This document shows, in pieces, positions 38,848 to 52,600 of a DNA stretch of 64,000 bases. Under the pieces are notes generated by a model. That model ran no database searches. It saw only the letters and a list, made by a program, of their open reading frames with translations, and was not told where the DNA came from. This DNA comes from Hypanus sabinus (Eukaryota). The stretch is from the NCBI RefSeq assembly GCF_030144855.1, contig NC_082711.1:70060001-70124000 (forward strand), read 5' to 3'. How positions within the stretch are numbered: position 1 is the first letter of the stretch; each line of letters begins with the position of its first letter. The position numbers and the translations under genes are program-made.

Positions 38848-39785
38848 TCTGAAATATTAGCTGTTTTTCTTCCCACAGATGCAGCTTGTTCTACTTGGTG
38901 TTTCCAGAATCTGCAGTTTTTCATTTCATTGAACAATTTGACGTAACAGCAAAATATTATGTACCCTGAATAATTTCTCCAATTTACTCCAGATTTCCAC
39001 TTCAAATATGTTTAAGCAGCTTTTAGTTGAATTCTTAAGCTACACTAAAATCATTTCTGCATTCATCTGCAGAAATACAAAATGATACAATGCCATTAAC
39101 TTATAAGAGAACATACTTGATCTTTAACTTCCTTCAATTTGTTTTTAAAGATAAATGACAGTCCTTCAATTATAGGCATTGGAGTCTGGAAAATTCTATT
39201 ACTTTGTCAAGCAGCCATGACATCTTCTCATTACAGGTCTCTTTATTGTAATCTTCTACATTGTATTTAGAAGTTGGTTTCCAGATTTTACAATATAATT
39301 GTGCTTAAAAATTCATGGAACATTTCTTACTGCTTGTAATACACATATAAAAAAGAGTATTGAAGAGGAACGCTAGGGAAAAATTAATTGAGAATGACTG
39401 TACCAGTCCACATTACTGAACAGTGTCTCATATTCCAACAACAGCTGTTATTCATGTACTTCTGGATCATCTCAAACTGTCTGAATTAAATGTTATCAAT
39501 TCAAAAGCAAATCTGCAAAACAGTTATTTTTTTCTCTCTCAGTTGAGAACTACAATGTCGATGCCACAATAACATCATTACCTAAAATTGTACATCAAGC
39601 ATTCCATTTTCTTTGACAAGGACCCCCAACTGTGCTTAGCCTGAACCATCAGTTGCATTTCACTCTTTCAGCTCCCCAAGGTGTAACTGATCTGCGGGCC
39701 TGGTCACTGAGCACATCCCCCAGAATATTCTGAGGCCCTTTTGACAATTGGTACAGTTCAATGCCCCTTCAACTGTTTTTAAATA

Positions 39786-40862
39786 CAGTGAATCCAGTTA
39801 ATTGGCTATCGGTTAATGGAACAGCAACTTATTTGGGACGACTCATAACTAATTGAGAAACTGGCTAGATATTTTCTTTGTTTATTTGGAACACTATGGT
39901 GCTTAAGTGGGACAGGAAACTGTTGCTGAATAGTTTCTGACTACTGTCAGTTGCATGAACTTGTGTGGCCATTAGAAACTACACTGTGCTTACAGCAGAC
40001 AGATTTTACATCGTGTCAGCTGTGTGTGCTTGTGTTCAAAAAGCAATAATTTTTATCACCGATGATCAGCGAGAAATAAGCAGCAAGCCAAGTCAGAACT
40101 GTTTTGCTCACTGCGGTTTTCAAGAATCCAGGAAGGAAATGCCAGAAACGGCCTGGAATAAAAATGAAATGATTTCACTACTTCAACAAGTTGGGAACTA
40201 CAAAGAATTTGAAAGTATCAACAATCATCTTGAATGTTACCTTTGGTCCCCGCCTGACACTCCATTCTCATCTGTGACTCGAAGTAGATGTTTGCATGGG
40301 ACAGCGGCCAGACCCCAGAACACCGCTTTGAAAGGCAGGCTGAACTAGGTGAAGATAATGGGACTCATATCCTGGTGAGATAGAGACATCCCTGCCCGAA
40401 CACACGAAGGCAGCTAGGACTGGGCAGATGAGATCGACAGTGAGACTCAATGGCTAGGAAGGCAGCTAGCTCTGCAGTGCTCCATGGAGAGCGAAGGGTG
40501 TAATGAGGCTCAGAAGCAGACATGGTTATCCATGGCAACCAAGGAAAATCCCAGTTCTTGTACCACTGGACATCTGAGGGCAAGAGAGAGGAACTGCCCC
40601 AGTGCAAGGGCATTTCCACATTAAAAGCTTTGCTTCACAGTTTTTCTGTCATTGTTGGATAAAATGACACTAGTATTGATAGAGTTTTAAACTTATTCTG
40701 TATTTCATATAAATAGATAATTTGTTACACAGGTAAAGGTAGTTTGTCTTTTTTAAAATATACCTTTTCACCAATTTTGATTAAATTAGCCAATTGGGGC
40801 AGCAGCTTAAATGGGCCAAAATGTACTGGTTCTGATGCGTCCCAATTAACCAGAATCTACTG
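39786..40862. mobile_element. Non-autonomous TcMar-Tigger-like element with a nested insert
   Basis: TA|CAGTGAATCCAGTTAATTGG ... CCAATTAACCAGAATCTACTG imperfect TIRs. Internal QNCFAHCGF resembles Tigger transposase C-termini. An unrelated GC-richer block spans about 40240-40620. Confidence 0.65.
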
Positions 40863-41334
40863 AATCTCTGATCATCAAAGACAATTTAAAACAATTAGAG
40901 CAAATATAAATAATTGTAAAATTAACTAAATTTTTAATTTTCACAGTAAAGCATTTACCTTTACCCTGCCAGTGTAAGTATTGAGCTGTCAAGTTCAGCA
41001 TGAATGAGCCCTGGGTCAGTCTCTGTGCTGACTCCAGGCATCTGCCCTCCACTGCGTTCCTCACTTCCAGGTTGCAATGTGCAAACCTAGAAGGCAGGAA
41101 CACATTGACCCATGAAAGCATTCTGACCAGTGGCTCTTTTCCAAACCACAAGGGAAACTGTGATTTATATACAAAGAAAAATGCAACAGCAAGAAGCAAT
41201 TTGAAAGGAAACATTTAAGCAGAATGGATACGGGAAACAATTGGGTCAGGTTGACAGCCAATGTTTATAACAATCATGCATTCACAGGCATGTGTTGTTT
41301 CAATAACCCACTTCAATAATATAACTGCATTTCA

Positions 41335-41660
41335 TAAGATCATAAGATATAGGAGCAGAAAGACCATTTGGCCCATCAAGTCTGCTTCGCCATTCAATCA
41401 TGGCTGATCCAATTCTTCCAGTCATCCCCACTCCCCTGACTTCTCCCCATACTCTTTGATTCCCTGGCTAATCAAGAACCTATCTATCTCTGCCTTAAAT
41501 GCACCCAATGACTTGGCTTCCACAGCCACTTGTGGCAACAAATTCCACAAATTTACAATCCTCTGACTAAAGTAATTTCTCCACATCTCAGTTCCAAAAG
41601 GACTTCCTTCAATCCTGAAGTTGTGCCCTCTTGTCCTAGAATCCTCTACCATGGGAAATA
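41335..41660 (-). mobile_element. CR1 3' end
   Basis: SRTRGHNFRIEG...YFSQRIVNLWNLLP...FKAEIDRFL...EYGEK. Confidence 0.9.
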
Positions 41661-43124
41661 CTATTTCAACATTATTTCTCCTGCAAAGTATGAAATCACA
41701 TCTAGACAGACCTCACGTAGAGCTTTGACTTGAAAGCACTGGCAATTCTTTTCCTTCCACAGATGCTGCTTGACCGAGTTCCTCCAGCAGATTGATTCTA
41801 AAAACATCGCTGCTATTCATGATGTTCAAGTCAGCTTTATTTGATCTTCACACATTAAAATTTTGTACAAGAGTAAGATTACATTAGTTAAATGCAATGT
41901 TCTACTTCCTAAAATTGTTAAGGAATGCGCTATGAAAATGGTGTTAGATCAAGTGGTGAAGACATGCAATCTAATGGCTTCCAGATGAAAATGAATGAGC
42001 AAATGAGAGATCAATGACAGTGAGCTTATGCAGACGAATGGGAGGAGATTTATAAGGAGTGCAAGCATCCACAAAGAAGTCTTGAACCAAATAACCTGCT
42101 ATTATGCTGCGTCCTCCATGTAAAGATTTGCTGAATACAATGATCTTCCTGAGGTATGCCATCAAGTTTTTGACTTTAAGAAACATGGCCTTCCTCCTAC
42201 GTGATTGGCAAGGCTGGTTATCTGAAGTTACCGAGTTCAGTTCCTGAGGGGTGCAATGCAGCTGTCTGAAAGATGAATTGCTTTTCATCAAGCTTACACT
42301 GGGCTCCATTGGAAAACTACCTCAGGTTGAAGACAAGTTCATGTATTCCCTCTTCTTAGACAACAAGCTTGACCCCAAGTTTAAGTTATTTAATTCTGAT
42401 TAGAATTAAGTCAGAAAATTAGTTAATAAAATAAGAATATAATTAATTAGACTTAAAATGACTGGCAGCTGGAAACTCAGGGTTGCTCTTGAAGACTAAT
42501 CAAGCAGCTGCACAAAGCAGCCACCCAACTTGTATTGGCTTCTTCAAAGTACAGGAGATATGTTGTGAGTGCCAGATGCAGTATAGCAGGCTGGAAGTAT
42601 AAATGAAATGCTGCTTCACCTGGGTGTTGGCTGGAAAGAGGTAAAAGGCGCTGCGATGCCTGTGGTTGTATAGGAAGGTGCTGCCAGAAGTGGGTTAGCT
42701 CATGGTACAGACTGAAGAGTAAACAAGGGAATGGACTGTTCAAGGCATTGGGAGGGGGGGAGAGAAACGGTATGCCTGGCAAAGGCATCATGTTGAAATT
42801 ATGGAGGATGTATGGCCATATCATTTCTGTGAAAGAACAATCCAGCTATTCCCGTTCCCGGATCACTCCACTTAACTCTGCAGTTTTCCCCATTCAAGTA
42901 ATTATTCAACTCTCTTCAGTGTACTTGCATATAACTATTAAATCTGTGGCCACTGACTCACCTGACATTGCATGAATTCTATTAGATCTTGAAATGCTTT
43001 CTGTTCAAAACAAACACCTCCAGACTATGTACATACATCTCTGGAAACATTGCCATAAATCTCTTCCGCACTCTAAGACTTTCACAGCTTTCCTGAAACA
43101 TAGCAGCAAAATTTTTTTTTTAAA

Positions 43125-43470
43125 TATAAGCACAAGAGATTCTGCAGATGCTGGAAACCTTGAGCAGCAGATGCAAAATGCTAGAGGAACCTCAGCAGGT
43201 CAGGTGCTGCCCATGGAAGGGAATAAATGGTTAACATTTTTGGCTGCTGCTCTTAATCAGAACTGGAAAGAACAAGGAAAGAAGATAGTAGTAGGTGTGA
43301 TGGAGGGACCAGAATGGGGAAAATGGACAAAGAGAGAAAGGGGAGGGGGGAGAAATTACCAGAAGTTAGAGAAATTTATGTTTGTGCCATGAATTTGGAG
43401 GCTACACAGTCTGAATGAGGTGTTGCTCTGCCTGTCTGAGTGTGGCCACATTACTGTACTATGGGCCATG
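43125..43470 (-). mobile_element. Penelope-like element 3' fragment
   Basis: Homologous to 44640-45050 (GAAGTTAGAGAAATTTATGTTTGTGCCAT...GGAGGCTAC) and carries the same tail. Confidence 0.7.
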
Positions 43471-44694
43471 TCAGAAAGGGGAATAGAATTTTTATATTTT
43501 AACTAAAACATTTCTCAGATTATTTCACATATCAACTAGTGTACAGCAACCAGAGTTAGGAAGCTGTTGCTTAAAGTGCCTCACTTTTATAAGCTTGAAT
43601 CAAAAACAGAAAACTTTGAAGACTTCTGGCATCTGGAGTTCCTTGCTTTTATTTTCTTTTCCCCTCTAAGCTTATTACATAACATTTGGCAGGCGTTTTC
43701 AGACATGCACCACTGTGGAAAACATGTAGCAACATATGAAGGGGATCTCTCTGATTATCAAATATATTCCCCGGTTATAAAGGAATAAACACATGTTTCT
43801 GCCTCACATTTAGAACTCCAAGTTTCAATGCTTGTACAAGGAATAAATGATGTGTGATGTATTCGAAAAAGGAACTAACTAATCTGGTAAAGTGGTCAGC
43901 TACCCTGATGAGTCCTCAGGGGTGGCTCTTTAGATAATGTGCACAGGAAATATTTCCTGCTCACTTCCTTGAGTAAATTTGTGTTGCCAACAATCCAAAG
44001 ACTGAACTTTCAGAGACTGAGTCCAGCTGCTGTCTGATTGTCAAGAAAGATTATGCTTCCTTGCCTCTGAAATCCCAAACCATATAGTTAGCCAAAGGAC
44101 AATGAAGAACAAAACAAGAAGTGATTTCAGTGCCTTTTCACAAAAGAGATTGAAAATATTGCTGTGAACTGCTGAAATATGGAAGAGGCAGTTTACTTAC
44201 TGATGCGGATGAAAATAGTACACTTTGTGGAAATTTTGAGAAGTAATAAAATTGGGATTTGTTCTCTGAATGCAACTGGTCAGTAAAAGTATCTACTGTT
44301 GCAATGATTTGGATCTATCAGGGCTTTTTATTTTACAATTGTTTAACTATGAATTGTTATTGCAGATCAGCTGTAATTTAGTACAGATTCCAACAGCACT
44401 TGAAAGTAAATTGTAAGAACAAAACTAGTCTGTAACCTGGAGTTAAGGGGGAGCTGAAGGCCATGTGTGGCTAAGGAGGTGGATTTCCAGAGGAATCCTA
44501 AAATATAGAAATAACTCAGGAGTTTAGTTGCAGCAACAAGTTTAATTTTAAGTATTATATTTCTTGAAAAGAACAACCCCCAACTAATATGGTTTATTTT
44601 ACAAAAAGGATTATACATTTCCAAACAACAACAGCAACACACAAAATGCCGGTGGAACACAGCAGGCCAGGCAGCATCTATAGGGAGAAGCACT

Positions 44695-44728
44695 GTTGAC
44701 GTTTCGGGCCGAGACCCTTCGTCAGGAC
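44695..44728 (-). ncRNA. Second minimal hammerhead motif (inverted copy, stem I mismatch)
   Basis: Reverse complement GTC-CTGACGA-AGGGTCTCGGCCC-GAAAC-GTC^AAC. Confidence 0.6.
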
Positions 44729-45056
44729 TAACAGAAAGGAAAGATAGTAAGAGATTTGAAAGTAGTGGGGGGAGGGGGAAATGCGAAATAATAGGAGAAG
44801 ACTGGAGGGGGTGGGATGAAGCTAAGAGCTGGAAAGGTGATTGGCAAAAGTGATACAGAGCTGGAGAAGGGAAAGGATCATGGGACGGGAGGCCTCAGGA
44901 GAAAGAAAGGAGGGGCGCGGGAGCACCAGAGGGAGATGGAGAACAGGCAAACAACTAAATATGTCAGGGATGGGGTAAGAAGGGGAGGAGGGGCATTAAC
45001 GGAAGTTAGATAAGTCAATGTTCATGCCATCAGGTTGGAGGCTACCCAGCCGGTTA

Positions 45057-45090
45057 GTCCTGACGAAGGGTCTCGGCCCGAAACGTCGAC
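45057..45090 (+). ncRNA. Minimal type I hammerhead ribozyme motif
   Basis: gtc-CTGACGA-a-GGGT ctcg GCCC-GAAAC-GTC^gac: core boxes, stem II, palindromic ACGT helix III and gtc/gac stem I. Confidence 0.7.
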
Positions 45091-46129
45091 AGCTCTTCTC
45101 CCTATAGATGCTGCCTGGCCTGCTGTGTTCCACCAGCATTTTGTGTGTGTTGTTGTTTGAATTTCCAACATCTGCAGATTTCCTCGTGTTTGCTCTTATA
45201 CATTTCCATCAGTTTAGTGCATGTAAGTATCTTCTTAGGTATTGTAAGTCATTTGTTTTAAGGCTACCGCTCATGAGTTTCAAGAAGTTTTATATTTTAA
45301 TCCATTTCTATATTTGCTCGCCTGATCTTCAGTCTATGTTGCTTTGAATGAATCAGGAAAGAGTACCCTGCAAAAGAAGCCAGAAACCGAATAGAGAATC
45401 TGTAGTTTAGTTGTGATATTAGGTAGTCGAGTGACTGGGGTGATTATAGCTTTACAAGAGATTTTAAAGACAGGAAGGAAAGAAGATTTAAACTAATGTG
45501 ACCAAGAACAAAGATCGGGGTAACAGGAGAGATGAGTGAGTGGAAATTGGTACAGGATAGGACGATGGAAAATTAAACATCAGTAAAAACAAGCAGCAGT
45601 ATTCTCAAGTTTCATCATCCTATTCAGGTCAAAGCCATTCACAAAGATCTATTGTATTAATACACCAGGTTTAGTAAATTCTGGCACACCATCTTTGTTA
45701 ATTGCACTTTCTAAACACTCTTGGAACTCTTGTATCAAAAGAAACATGAAGCATAAGGAAATTGTCATATTGCTAATTCACTGTAGGTGAGAACTTTTGC
45801 CTAGCAGTCATTGAGTGATTTTTTTCCTTTCTTGGAAATATGCGCCTTTGTAAATATTGCCTTTGTAAACAACTGATTGGATGGCAGTAAAAGTTTCCTT
45901 TTACACTCAATGCAAGCTGTTACCTATGTGTATCTACTTCTTTCTCTTCAATATTGGATGGAAATCAGAAACATATGTAGAAACTGGAAATCAAAAACCA
46001 AAACAGAAATGCTAGAAACACTCAGCAGATTTGGCAGCACCTTTGGAAATAAAAAAAAAGATAATTAATACTTCACATGAAGGGCTATAAATGAGGGGCA
46101 TGCGAGAGCTAGAGATAGGATGGAATCTA

Positions 46130-46520
46130 CGTCCTTCAGTCTATTTTGTACTTATGACTAGAAATAGATTTGAGGAGGAGCAAGAGATTTCGTGAGGATA
46201 TGAAAGGTGGACCTTCCTCACTCAGAGTAATGAATATTTGGAATAGACTGCCTGAGAGAGTGGTCAAAGCAGAGTCACTGACAGCAATCAAGAAACGTAT
46301 AGACCAGAGGTTCCCAACTTTTTCTATGCCATGGACCAATACCATTAAGCAAGGGGTCCTTGGACCCCAGACTGGGAATCTCTCATTTAGACATACACTT
46401 GAATCACCTATGAATAGAAGACATAGTGCTGGCAGATGGGATTAACATGGGTGGGTGCCCATTGATCAAAAAGGATGCAATGAGTCACATGGTTTGCTTC
46501 TGTGCTGCACGAATCCACAA
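46130..46520 (+). mobile_element. Old CR1 3' end interrupted by a MITE
   Basis: KRFREDMKG...LRVMNIWNRLPERVVKAESL. Confidence 0.7.
46305..46384. mobile_element. 80-bp hAT-Charlie-like MITE
   Basis: CAGAGGTTCCCAAC...CTGGGAATCTCTC imperfect TIR; degenerate 8-bp TSD GTATAGAC/ATTTAGAC. Confidence 0.6.
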
Positions 46521-49500
46521 CTATCATTATTCAGGAGAACTGAGAAACAAGGCAAAAGCATGCCATTTGAAGTTGCAAGATACGAGAAAAGGAGTACAAC
46601 ATGACAAGGGTACAACAGTTTCCTTTGAACAAACTATTCTTCTCTAAACTTCGCTGCACCTGGTTCATCAACTCCGTTTCCTTTTTCGTGGACAATACTC
46701 ACATCTTCTGTTTTTATTCCTTTACAGTGTTAAGATTACTAAAGGAATAAAGATAAACAGTGAAGCTATAATCCAGTGCACAGATGCGGCAAAGTTTTTG
46801 CATAATGCACAGTGTAACTTTACTTTTAATGTGGTAACCATTATAGTAAATATTTACAATAAAAATAAAGTGAGGACTTACAGCTTCAAACTGAGAGTCA
46901 TCATCAGTCAGAATCAGAAAATTTGCATATTTAAGAAATTGTATTGTATTGAATTGTAACTAATTGGATATCTGACTGACAAGTTGGTAACTCTAAAATA
47001 TGATACAAGTTTGTGGAATCCAAAGAACATTTTCTATTTTCATGGCAGTGACAAACTGTTGGACATACCTTACAGTTGAATGTTCACTTGAGGACTGTGT
47101 GCACCAGGAGAGACTTGCTTTGGTAGATACATGCCAATCAAGATGGGAGACGATGACTTGAATGATCTCCTACTGTGTTGCAGAGTTACCATGATTTTAA
47201 ACCACACCTTTAAAATTGCATCCTACATTACATTTCGTAACCAGATAAACCATTGAATTAATATAACCCAATCTGAATAATGTTCTCTTAGTCAGGAAAC
47301 CTCCTGCCCGCTAGACAGCGATGCAGGCAGATTAAATATCTGCCCAGTGACATTGGGCCAGCCTGACCTCTGGAAGAACAAAGCAAAGTTAGCTGGCAGA
47401 GAATGCCAAGTGTCTCCCATGACTTGGTTTGTTTATTTTTTTAAAAAATGCAATAAACTGTTATATGTAGCATTAGAGAGCTTATCCTTAGAACTTCCAT
47501 TTTCTCTTCCTAAATGCTCACAGTAAATCAATCATAAAGGTATCACTCAGTCAGCACCACGCACATTACAGGAAAAGTAATGTCATTTAAAGTTGTCTTC
47601 ACAGTCTGCTGAAGCAATTGGAAAAGTAAACGGTGCTTCATTTATAGCAGTTCATGTCACATCTGTAAGAAAAATAACTGTACCACTCTAATTGTTGTAA
47701 CAGAGCATCATATTATTCAGATGTGGATTATTTTCTATCAAAAATTCAGTAATGATATTGAAAGAATGAACCCATTTGCCACGACAGATAATCTTGTCAC
47801 AAACTGGCCCAATGAAATAGCTCTCCTGCATTTGATACAAGGATTAAATTTTTAAGCAGTATGCTTTTCATCTTGGAATGATATTAAAGTGAATCATAAA
47901 ATAGACTCCACAGATAAATTACAAAGCATATTCACAGATCATTCGATTCATGTACTGTACTTCTGCTTGTTACTTCAATGATAGAAAAATAACACTAATA
48001 CCAGTGAACACGGTTAACTTTCATCCAGACATCAATTGTCCTACAAAGAGCATTGAATGCTGCGTAAACTGATGTAATGATAGGCCAAGTTAACATTTTC
48101 TAATGGTAAGTTATTAACCTGAAATGATAGCGTTTTTCTTTTCACACATGCTATCTAATTTGCTTTGTGTTTATAGCATTTTTCCGGAATTCCAGTAAAA
48201 GTGTACTCAGGCTGTTCTCAGCTCAGTTGCACACACCCACATACCCAGCTGACCAAACAATTTAATAATAAACTGCAGTGTTAGTCAGGGAGACACAAGA
48301 GAATGCAGATGCTAGAACCTGGAGCGGCAGCCTGCTGGAGGAGCTCAGCAGATCAAGCCGCATCTAGAACATATAGCAAGAATCTCCATCCCTCCAAGAG
48401 GCTATACCAAATATGGTTACCGATCTGTTCTACCACTCCAGAGCCTAATAGCCTAGGGCAAGTGACTGAGGAGGCAGAATAATCCTCTCATTTTGCCTAA
48501 GTGTTCAGGTAGTCTGCCCTGACCTCCATTAGACTTTGTTAAAAAGTGTTCTAATATGGAAAGCATTTCAAAACTGAGACTGCTCTTTAAAAAAAATTGG
48601 CAAAAAAGGAAAACAAAGAAAGATAGTTATAATGTTGGCAATTCTTTTTTATGCAAAGAGAATGAGACCCCATTAAAAACAGAAAGATACTTACATGCTG
48701 GTAATTCTTTTTTATGTTTATGGAAGGGGAATAAGTTAAGTGTTATGGGTAAAGTCAATTGAATCTCTCAGTCTTAGAGACTATAATTTCAATGCAACTC
48801 TATGGATAAGTAGTACATACCTAGTTTTCCTTTTTATTTCCCCCAAGGGGAGATGTTGTGGCAATTCACGGGTTAATCCTATGCCACTCAGTTAGACACA
48901 CCTACATGGGAGGAGATCAGATATTGTACAAGCAGAATATCAATAAATTTCAGTTGAATTGCTTGCATGCTGCTGGTGTATACTCCCTGAACTCTCCCTC
49001 AATATCAAAACACAACACCATGTTGCACCAACCACAATAAATCTACTCTATGGTCAATCTAACCTTTCGCTCCTAAACAGCCCATAAATCACAACACAAA
49101 ATGGAGGAACTCAGCAGGTCAGGCAGCATCAATGGAAAAAAGTACAGTTAGGGTTTCAGGCCGAGAAGCTTCTGCTGCCTAAGATCCAGCATCTGCAGAT
49201 TTTCTCCTGTCAACCCATTGACCCCTATTTTTCTTACATCCATGTGCTTATCTAAGAATAAGGACATTTAATCCTTATTACATCAGCCTGTACCACCACC
49301 CCTAACAGTATCTTCCAGGCACCCACTACTCCATGTGAAGTCCACCTCTGACACCTAAAACTCATGCCATCCGGTACTGCCCACTTCCAGCCTGGGAGAT
49401 GGCTGCTAGCTGTCCACCATCTACACCGCTCAAAAATCTGTGCAAGAACTTGTTGACGTTGTAGATCGACGCCCGATTGAGGGTGTTGGCCCCAAACATT

Positions 49501-49694
49501 GGCAATTCGTCCTTCCACCCTTTTTGCCCCACGTGCTGTTTGACCCACTGAGTTCCTCCAGCAAATCTCCGTTCGGCATCACCAAATTACTGATGTGATA
49601 AATGAGAAAACTGCTCAGACATATTCAAATGAAGTACCTTACAGGGTCAGAGTCAAGTTACATTAACTCTTACATTAAATGTTATAGAGAGTGT

Positions 49695-52600
49695 TGTAGG
49701 TTTTTCACAAATAAAATGGTGAAAGTGTTTTATGTTTAAGAAAAGCTGCAGCAACTCATTTACTAAACAACAAAAACTGAACAGAAAGTGCGCTAAAAGA
49801 TGTTTACATAATTATCTCACCACGTCAGACCTGCCTCTTAAAGTGAACCTTGACCCAATGTTGGCGGCTGTGAATTCTTTACATTTCCACCAAATTACAT
49901 TACTCTACACACACTCCCCTGAAAATTCACTCAAACCGGCACTGTGAGCCTGCCCAGAATTCTGACGAGTCACCTGGCTCAGGTCCTGTGCTCCATGGGT
50001 GGAGGAACAGCAGGTGCCTCTGGCTTGTCTAGAGGTGTGTTGACATGCTCACGGTCAGGGGCATGGTAACAGAACCCTCCAAATCTTGGTGGGCTGGTTT
50101 AAGTTGATCTACCAAAACACATTCGGTTTATCCCTCTTATCTATGATAAAAGTCTTTTCTCCCCATTCCAAAACTTGGAATGGGCCATTGTAAGGGGTCC
50201 TAAAGGAACGTTGGTGTGCATTATGGCGGATGAAAACAAACAAGGCAGAATGTAGGTCAGCAGGGACCCAAGAGTGCTGTCCACCATGATGGGAGATAGG
50301 AATCGGTGCAAAGGAATTGAATTCACTTCCGGTGGAATGCCATTTAGAGGCCAACCGGGTGGTTGTGGCATCTGGAATTAAAATCATCTGCCACTTGTAA
50401 TGGCTGCCCTTATACAAAATCATGAGGTCAGGTCCTTTTCTGGAGCTGTTCTGAGTCCCTACAGGGCCTATGGAAGATGATCATGCCAACGCTCATCTGT
50501 CAGGGAACCCCTCAGAGCAGCCTTAAGGAGGGGTGAAACGGCTCACGTAGGGACTGAAGGTGATACACTGTGGTTCCAGGCCATCGCAGCCCAGGGGTCT
50601 GATATGAATTGGGGACCATGGTCAGAGGAAATATATAATGGGGTGTCATACTGAGCAATGTAAGTGCTGATGAAGGGTCAAGCCACATCTGTGGCCGTTA
50701 CCGATGCTAGAGGGATGGTCTCTGGCCACCTGGTGGTACGGTCCACTATGGTAATGAGGTGCATGAAACTGTGGGAGGAGGGAAGTCGACTAACAGGGTC
50801 CACATTGGTATTGTCAAACCATTGCTCAGGGACCTCGAATAAATGCCAATGTCACCTAGACATGACTGTTCATTTTTGCCTGTGGGCATTGCCCACAAGC
50901 TGCAGTCAAATCATACACATCCTTTGAGGCCATGACAGACTTTTGTGCAACCGCTTTCTGTGAGGCCTTCTGGCCTGGATGTGAGAGATCATGTATGGAT
51001 TCATGAAGATTCCACCTCCAGATTGTGGGTATGATGGGGGCAAGGGTGACCACAAGGAGAGAAGTCCCACTCAGGCTGCTGCTCCGTAACCCTGGACCTC
51101 AGGGTCAGTAGCTTGGCCAACCCCTATGAGTATGGCCTCAACGGCTGACTGTGAGAGGCAATCAGCCACGGCATTGTTTTTGCCTTTGATATGTCATATA
51201 TCCGTTGTGAACTCTGATATGTAGGTTAGTTGGTGTTGCTGCCGGGCAGACCAAGGGTCTGATATTTTGTCCATCGTGGGCACGAGGGGCTTGTGGCCAA
51301 CGGACGCTGTGAAATGGTGACCCTCTAGGAGAAAATTAAAATGGCAGACAGCCAAATAGAGACCAAGAAGCTCACTCATGGTCAGATCTGCTGTACCTTG
51401 TTTCGGGAGATGGGGGAGGGTAGGGAGGGGAATAGAGCGGTCGGTTGAAGACGGTGAGCAGTTTCCACTCGCCTCTGACCATTTGTGCACAGCACCCACA
51501 GCATAGTCTGAAGCGACAGTAATGTCTATGGGTGTGTCGTGGGGGGGTGGTGGGGGGGGGGGTTCAGGTGCGTCAGTAGGGTCCCATTGGGAAGAGCTTG
51601 TTTGGTATCAAATGCCCTGGCCATGTCTACTGATGTCAAGCACGTGATTAGGGGCATTGCCTTTAAGTGCACTATACAGGGGCCACACAAGTTCAGCAGC
51701 CGCAGGATGAGGCAGTGACAGAAATTCACCATGCCTAAAAACTCCTGTAGTCTTATGTAATGTGAGGCAGTAAGGAATCCATAATCGTGGCTACTGTTGA
51801 TGGGAGGTGTTTCGCATCCTCTGCAGAGATGTGATGGCTAAGAAAGTCGATGGTTAACAACCCAAGTGGTTAACCCATTTCACAGGGTTAATAATCAACC
51901 TGTGTTGGCTTAAGCACTCGAAAAGTGTGCTGAGCAGAGATTAAGTGTTTAGATTTGGAGGCACTGGTAAAGCACGCGTCATCCATGTAAACTAAAAGAA
52001 AATCTAAGTCTTTTAATACAGAGGCCATCAGCCGTTGAAAAGTCTGTGCTACATTTTTCAGCCCAAATGGCATGCACAGAAATTCAAAAAGGCCAAACGG
52101 GGTTATCACAGTTATTTTGGGAATGTCCTCCGAGGACATGGGCACCTGACGGTAGCCCCTAACTAGATACTTAGGAAAAAAAATTAACTTTCTGGCTAAA
52201 TGTGCCAAAAGATCCTGGATGTGACTGGGTAAAAGTCAGGGATGATGGCCTCATTAAGGCCTCAGTAACTGGCACATAGGCAGCAACTACCATCAGACTG
52301 AAGGACCACATGGAGGGGCAAGGCCCAGGGGCTATTCGACTGGCATACAATGCCAAGTCTTTCCATGTTGCAAACTCAGCCTTCACGGATGCCGGTTTTT
52401 CTGGGTCCCATCTACACGAACAGGCAGGGACTAGTGGGCCAACTGTAGAAATGTGCTCGACCCCAGGCTTTGCGATGGTAATGGAGAATGTGGGCTTGGT
52501 GAGGTTTGGGAATTTGCCCAGCAGTTGAGTAAACTCACACTCGTGGTGCACGTGCTTGACAGTCGTTGTGGGGTGCAGGGCAATGACCCAAAGTCCTTGA

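Larger units (their letters stand above)
44624..45195 (-). mobile_element. Penelope-like retroelement 3' end with inverted pseudo-LTR copy and 13-bp TSD
   Basis: Minus strand from 45052 encodes RLGSLQPDGMNIDLSNFR*, a GIY-YIG endonuclease C-terminus. About 95-bp inverted repeat 44636-44731 / 45054-45150. TSD TTATACATTTCCA (44611-44623 / 45196-45208). Confidence 0.85.
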
